Positions 61,542 to 64,000 of a stretch of DNA of 64,000 nt are shown in pieces. Origin of the DNA: Candidatus Woesearchaeota archaeon (lineage in GTDB: Archaea > Nanobdellota > Nanobdellia > Pacearchaeales > GW2011-AR1). A program made the translations under genes and the position numbers. The notes below the pieces were generated by a model that was not told the origin of the DNA, made no database searches, and saw only the letters and a program-made list of their open reading frames with translations. The stretch lies in NCBI GenBank assembly GCA_964578845.1, contig CAZOEF010000001.1:276820-340819 (forward strand), written 5' to 3'. Numbering within the stretch: position 1 is the first letter of the stretch; every line of letters begins with the position of its first letter.

Positions 61542-61988
61542 ATGGTTAGAGACGTTCCCTTAAGTGAGATCACCCTAAGAAAATATGAAAGGCCTTATGA
61601 TTCTTCGAAGAGGGAGCTTGTGAGAAAGGTTTGTTTAAGCCTTGGTTTATTGCAGCCAGGGGATTCAAGGGATGTGATAGTTGATATTTTGCTCGCTTTA
61701 GAGGAAGCAAGAAAGGAAAGGAAAGAGATAACTTCTGTCGAGGTGCAGGAGCTTGTGAAAAAAATAAGGAAAGATAGCTCTCTGGACGAGAAAGGGTTGG
61801 CAGAAAGCAATGTCCGCAGGCAATTGAAAAGATTAAGGGATCTTATGCTTGTCGAGAAGAAGAATAATCTTTATCGGTTAAGCGAATTCGAGCCTCTATC
61901 TGTGATTTTTCAGGAAAGGATTGAACAATTCCTTATTCCACAGACGATAGAAAGAATTAAAGATTATTTGAATAAACTAGAACAGTAA
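61542..61988 (+). CDS. hypothetical protein with probable wHTH
   Basis: ORF track. DSRDVIVDILLALEEA...VRRQLKRLRDLMLVEKKNNLYRL resembles a winged helix. Confidence 0.5.
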   Translation: MVRDVPLSEITLRKYERPYDSSKRELVRKVCLSLGLLQPGDSRDVIVDILLALEEARKERKEITSVEVQELVKKIRKDSSLDEKGLAESNVRRQLKRLRDLMLVEKKNNLYRLSEFEPLSVIFQERIEQFLIPQTIERIKDYLNKLEQ

Positions 61989-62012
61989 AAATATTGAATT
62001 TAGGAAAATCAG

Positions 62013-62291
62013 ATGAGTATTAGAACAAAATTGCAATATATGGGTTCTGGCTTGGCTATCTTTGCTTTGGGCTCTATGGGGATTATTGCTACAGCGAATA
62101 TAGCTTCATACCTTGACAATAAAAATAAATTGAGGGATCTTGATGACGCTAGTCAAACCGCCAGAGATTGCCTCTGTGAATATAGGGATGGCGATTTTAT
62201 ATATAAGTTAGCAAATAAGGGGAAAGAAATTGCTGCCAGGGAGTATCTTGAATACTCTGAAATGAACACTAGAGAAAAGATTTATAAATGA
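62013..62291 (+). CDS. hypothetical small membrane-anchored protein
   Basis: N-terminal TM helix GSGLAIFALGSMGIIATANIA. 92 aa. Confidence 0.45.
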   Translation: MSIRTKLQYMGSGLAIFALGSMGIIATANIASYLDNKNKLRDLDDASQTARDCLCEYRDGDFIYKLANKGKEIAAREYLEYSEMNTREKIYK

Positions 62292-62322
62292 GGATTTTAA
62301 CAGATTATAATCGTAACTACTT

Positions 62323-62352
62323 CCCTTGACGATAGATTCTATGCGTCGAGGG
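62323..62352 (+). promoter_or_regulatory. stem-loop in the rpl1 5' leader (CCCTTGACG ... CGTCGAGGG, extended by ATAG/CTAT)
   Basis: A 9-bp stem (one G-U pair) plus an inner 4-bp extension. It ends 22 nt before the rpl1 ATG and just upstream of the GGAG ribosome binding site. Confidence 0.45.
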
Positions 62353-62374
62353 TGTTAAGTAGGAGATTGGAAAG

Positions 62375-62995
62375 ATGGAACTCAAACAAGCCTTAGAGCA
62401 ATTGAAGAACGCTGATAAGAAAAGAAAGTTCGACCAGACAGTAGACTTAATTGTAAATCTTAAAGGAGTTGACTTGAGAAAAGACAATATTGCCGCTGTG
62501 ATAACTATTCCTCATAAAGTAAAAGAAAAGAAAGTGTGTGGATTTCTTACTGAGAAAAACGATCTTGTCAAAACAATAACCAAACCTGAGTTCCAGAAAT
62601 TCAAGGAAAAGGCTGCATTACGACATTTGGTGGAAGAATATGACTTTTTCATTGCACATGCTTCATTAATGCCGTTAGTCGCTAGCACCTTCGGTAAAGC
62701 ATTGGGTCCTGCTGGAAAGATGCCATCTCCCCAATTAGGGATCATAACTCAGGAAACTCCTGAAGTAATAAAACCGCTGCTTGAAAGGATCTCTAAATCT
62801 GTCAAGATGAGAGCTAAAGAGCCTAGCATCAAGATATCAGTTGGAAAAGAATCAATGAAGGATGAGGATCTTATGCAGAATATCAATGCCATCTATAAAG
62901 GAATAGTTGAATCACTCCCTACAAAGAGAGAGAATGTGAAGAATGTCATGATCAAACTAACTATGACTAAACCTATCGAGGTGGATGTCAAATGA
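62375..62995 (+). CDS. rpl1: 50S ribosomal protein L1 (uL1)
   Basis: FDQTVDLIVNLKGVDLRK..., IAHASLMPLV and GKALGPAGKMP are typical of uL1. Confidence 0.95.
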   Translation: MELKQALEQLKNADKKRKFDQTVDLIVNLKGVDLRKDNIAAVITIPHKVKEKKVCGFLTEKNDLVKTITKPEFQKFKEKAALRHLVEEYDFFIAHASLMPLVASTFGKALGPAGKMPSPQLGIITQETPEVIKPLLERISKSVKMRAKEPSIKISVGKESMKDEDLMQNINAIYKGIVESLPTKRENVKNVMIKLTMTKPIEVDVK

Positions 62996-63930
62996 CTTCC
63001 CAAAAGCAAGTCCCTAGAGGAAAACCCTTGCCTGAAGGCAAAGTCAAGACAGTTGCAGAATTGACTAATAAGATGAATGAAAGCAGGACTGTTTTAATAG
63101 CTTCATGCAGGGGCTTGCCAGGCAGGCAATTTCATGATATCAAGAAAAAATTAAGGTCTAGAGCAGATATGAGGGCTGCCAAGAAGAGCTCTATTCTAAG
63201 GGCAATAGACAACGTTGAGAAAGGCGCTATAAAAAACCTAAAGAAAAATGTTGATGCTGATATTGTTGTGCTTTTTTCTGACCTTGATGCTTTTGAATTA
63301 TCTGGAATACTGACAGAAAGCCAGAGCTCAAGGAAAGCAAAGGCAGGGGATATAGCTCCTGAAGATATAGTCATTGAGCCAGGGCCAACTGACTTGCCTC
63401 CTGGACCAGCAATCTCTGAGCTTAGCGGAGTAGGACTTAAGGTAGCAGTCAAAGAAGGGAAGCTTGAGATAATGCAAGGAGCAACAGTCACAAAAAAAGG
63501 CAATGCAATAGATGAAAAAGTGGCTAGTGTTTTAGGAAAGCTTAATATTTCACCTATGAAGGTCGGATTTATTCCTGTTGCAGCTTATGACAGAGAATCT
63601 GACGCAGTATATGAGAATATTGTAATAGATAAGAAAGGAACTCTTGAAAACATGAGAAGCATGATAGGCAAGGCATTAGGATTTGCTGTAGGAATAAGAT
63701 TCCCAGTGAAGGAGACAATCAGTTTCTTAATCTCTAAAGCAGCTATTGAAGAGAAAGCAATTGCTAAGATTGTTAATGAGAAATCTGATGCTCCCGCTCC
63801 AGCAGAACAACCTGCTGAAGAAGCAAGTGAAGAGCAGACAGAGACAAAAACAGAAGCTGCTGAATCTAATGGAGAGGAAAAAATAGAAGAGTCAAATGAT
63901 CAAACAGGTACAAAGGAGGAAGGACAATAA
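62992..63930 (+). CDS. rplP0: 50S ribosomal protein L10 / acidic ribosomal protein P0 (uL10)
   Basis: Position between rpl1 and rpl12, 312 aa, acidic Glu-rich C-terminus. ATGA overlap with rpl1. Confidence 0.9.
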   Translation: MTSQKQVPRGKPLPEGKVKTVAELTNKMNESRTVLIASCRGLPGRQFHDIKKKLRSRADMRAAKKSSILRAIDNVEKGAIKNLKKNVDADIVVLFSDLDAFELSGILTESQSSRKAKAGDIAPEDIVIEPGPTDLPPGPAISELSGVGLKVAVKEGKLEIMQGATVTKKGNAIDEKVASVLGKLNISPMKVGFIPVAAYDRESDAVYENIVIDKKGTLENMRSMIGKALGFAVGIRFPVKETISFLISKAAIEEKAIAKIVNEKSDAPAPAEQPAEEASEEQTETKTEAAESNGEEKIEESNDQTGTKEEGQ

Positions 63931-64000
63931 TGGAATACATTTACGCAGCTTTGCTTTTGCATAAAGTAGGCCAGCCGGTGAATGAAGAGAACATGAAGAA
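63930..64000 (+). CDS. rpl12: 50S ribosomal protein L12 / P1 stalk protein, first 23 codons (runs off the right edge)
   Basis: TAATG overlap with rplP0. MEYIYAALLLHKVGQPVNEENMK is the canonical archaeal L12 N-terminus. Confidence 0.85.
   Translation, partial: MEYIYAALLLHKVGQPVNEENMK

Noticed and set aside
1-64000. A diversity-generating retroelement or other reverse-transcriptase system, which are known from DPANN lineages. I looked for a YxDD RT motif and for TR/VR near-repeats.
   Set aside because: No ORF with RT motifs was seen. The only near-identical repeats I could see by eye are the non-coding ones reported above. The Cys-rich paralogues are far too diverged to be TR/VR pairs. A computational repeat search would be needed to be certain.

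Overview
AT-rich archaeal chromosome segment. All calls rest on motif recognition and my own translations; no database search was possible. The mix of compact informational genes with many cysteine-rich or anchored surface proteins and a very small archaeosortase-like gene suggests a DPANN-type archaeon (Pace-/Woesearchaeota-like). That taxonomic placement is inference only.

Housekeeping content consists of pieces of the conserved archaeal superoperons:
- pop5-psmA-sdo1
- psmB-aCPSF1
- rpl37ae-rpoP-pfdB
- secE-spt5-rpl11
- rpl1-rplP0-rpl12
- aIF5A-rpl40e

Other housekeeping genes are RNase J, mre11-rad50 (followed by an HNH nuclease), PCNA, PriS primase, FtsZ, SepF, a presenilin-like protease, an S2P protease, TrxB with a glutaredoxin, and tRNA-Pro(UGG). 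Four small conserved genes missing from the ORF track were found by hand: rpoP, secE, rpl40e and an RHH regulator.

The most interesting accessory content:
1. A seven-gene, translationally coupled minus-strand operon (15266-22799). It encodes an RHH regulator, two paralogous prepilin-like proteins, a 1231-aa Cys-rich protein with a glycine-zipper membrane core, a secreted paralogue of that protein's ectodomain, and two small helical proteins. I recognise no described system of this composition.
2. A second operon of four class-III-signal (pilin-like) proteins plus a cytosolic HExxH protein (40634-43613).
3. A cluster of exported genes: M64-like peptidase, pilin-like protein, LTD protein and SNase-LTD nuclease.
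4. A minimal archaeosortase-like gene next to a candidate substrate.
5. A Kazal-like inhibitor domain protein coupled to an S1 protease inside the pop5-psmA cluster.
6. Unusual non-coding structure: a 101-bp tandem repeat (3.3 copies) upstream of ftsZ, a 10-bp tandem repeat flanked by a duplicated gene 3' end, and an aberrant tRNA-like element.

Many first genes look leaderless, with a TATA box about 26 nt upstream of the ATG. Internal operon genes use GGAGG-type ribosome binding sites or ATGA overlaps.
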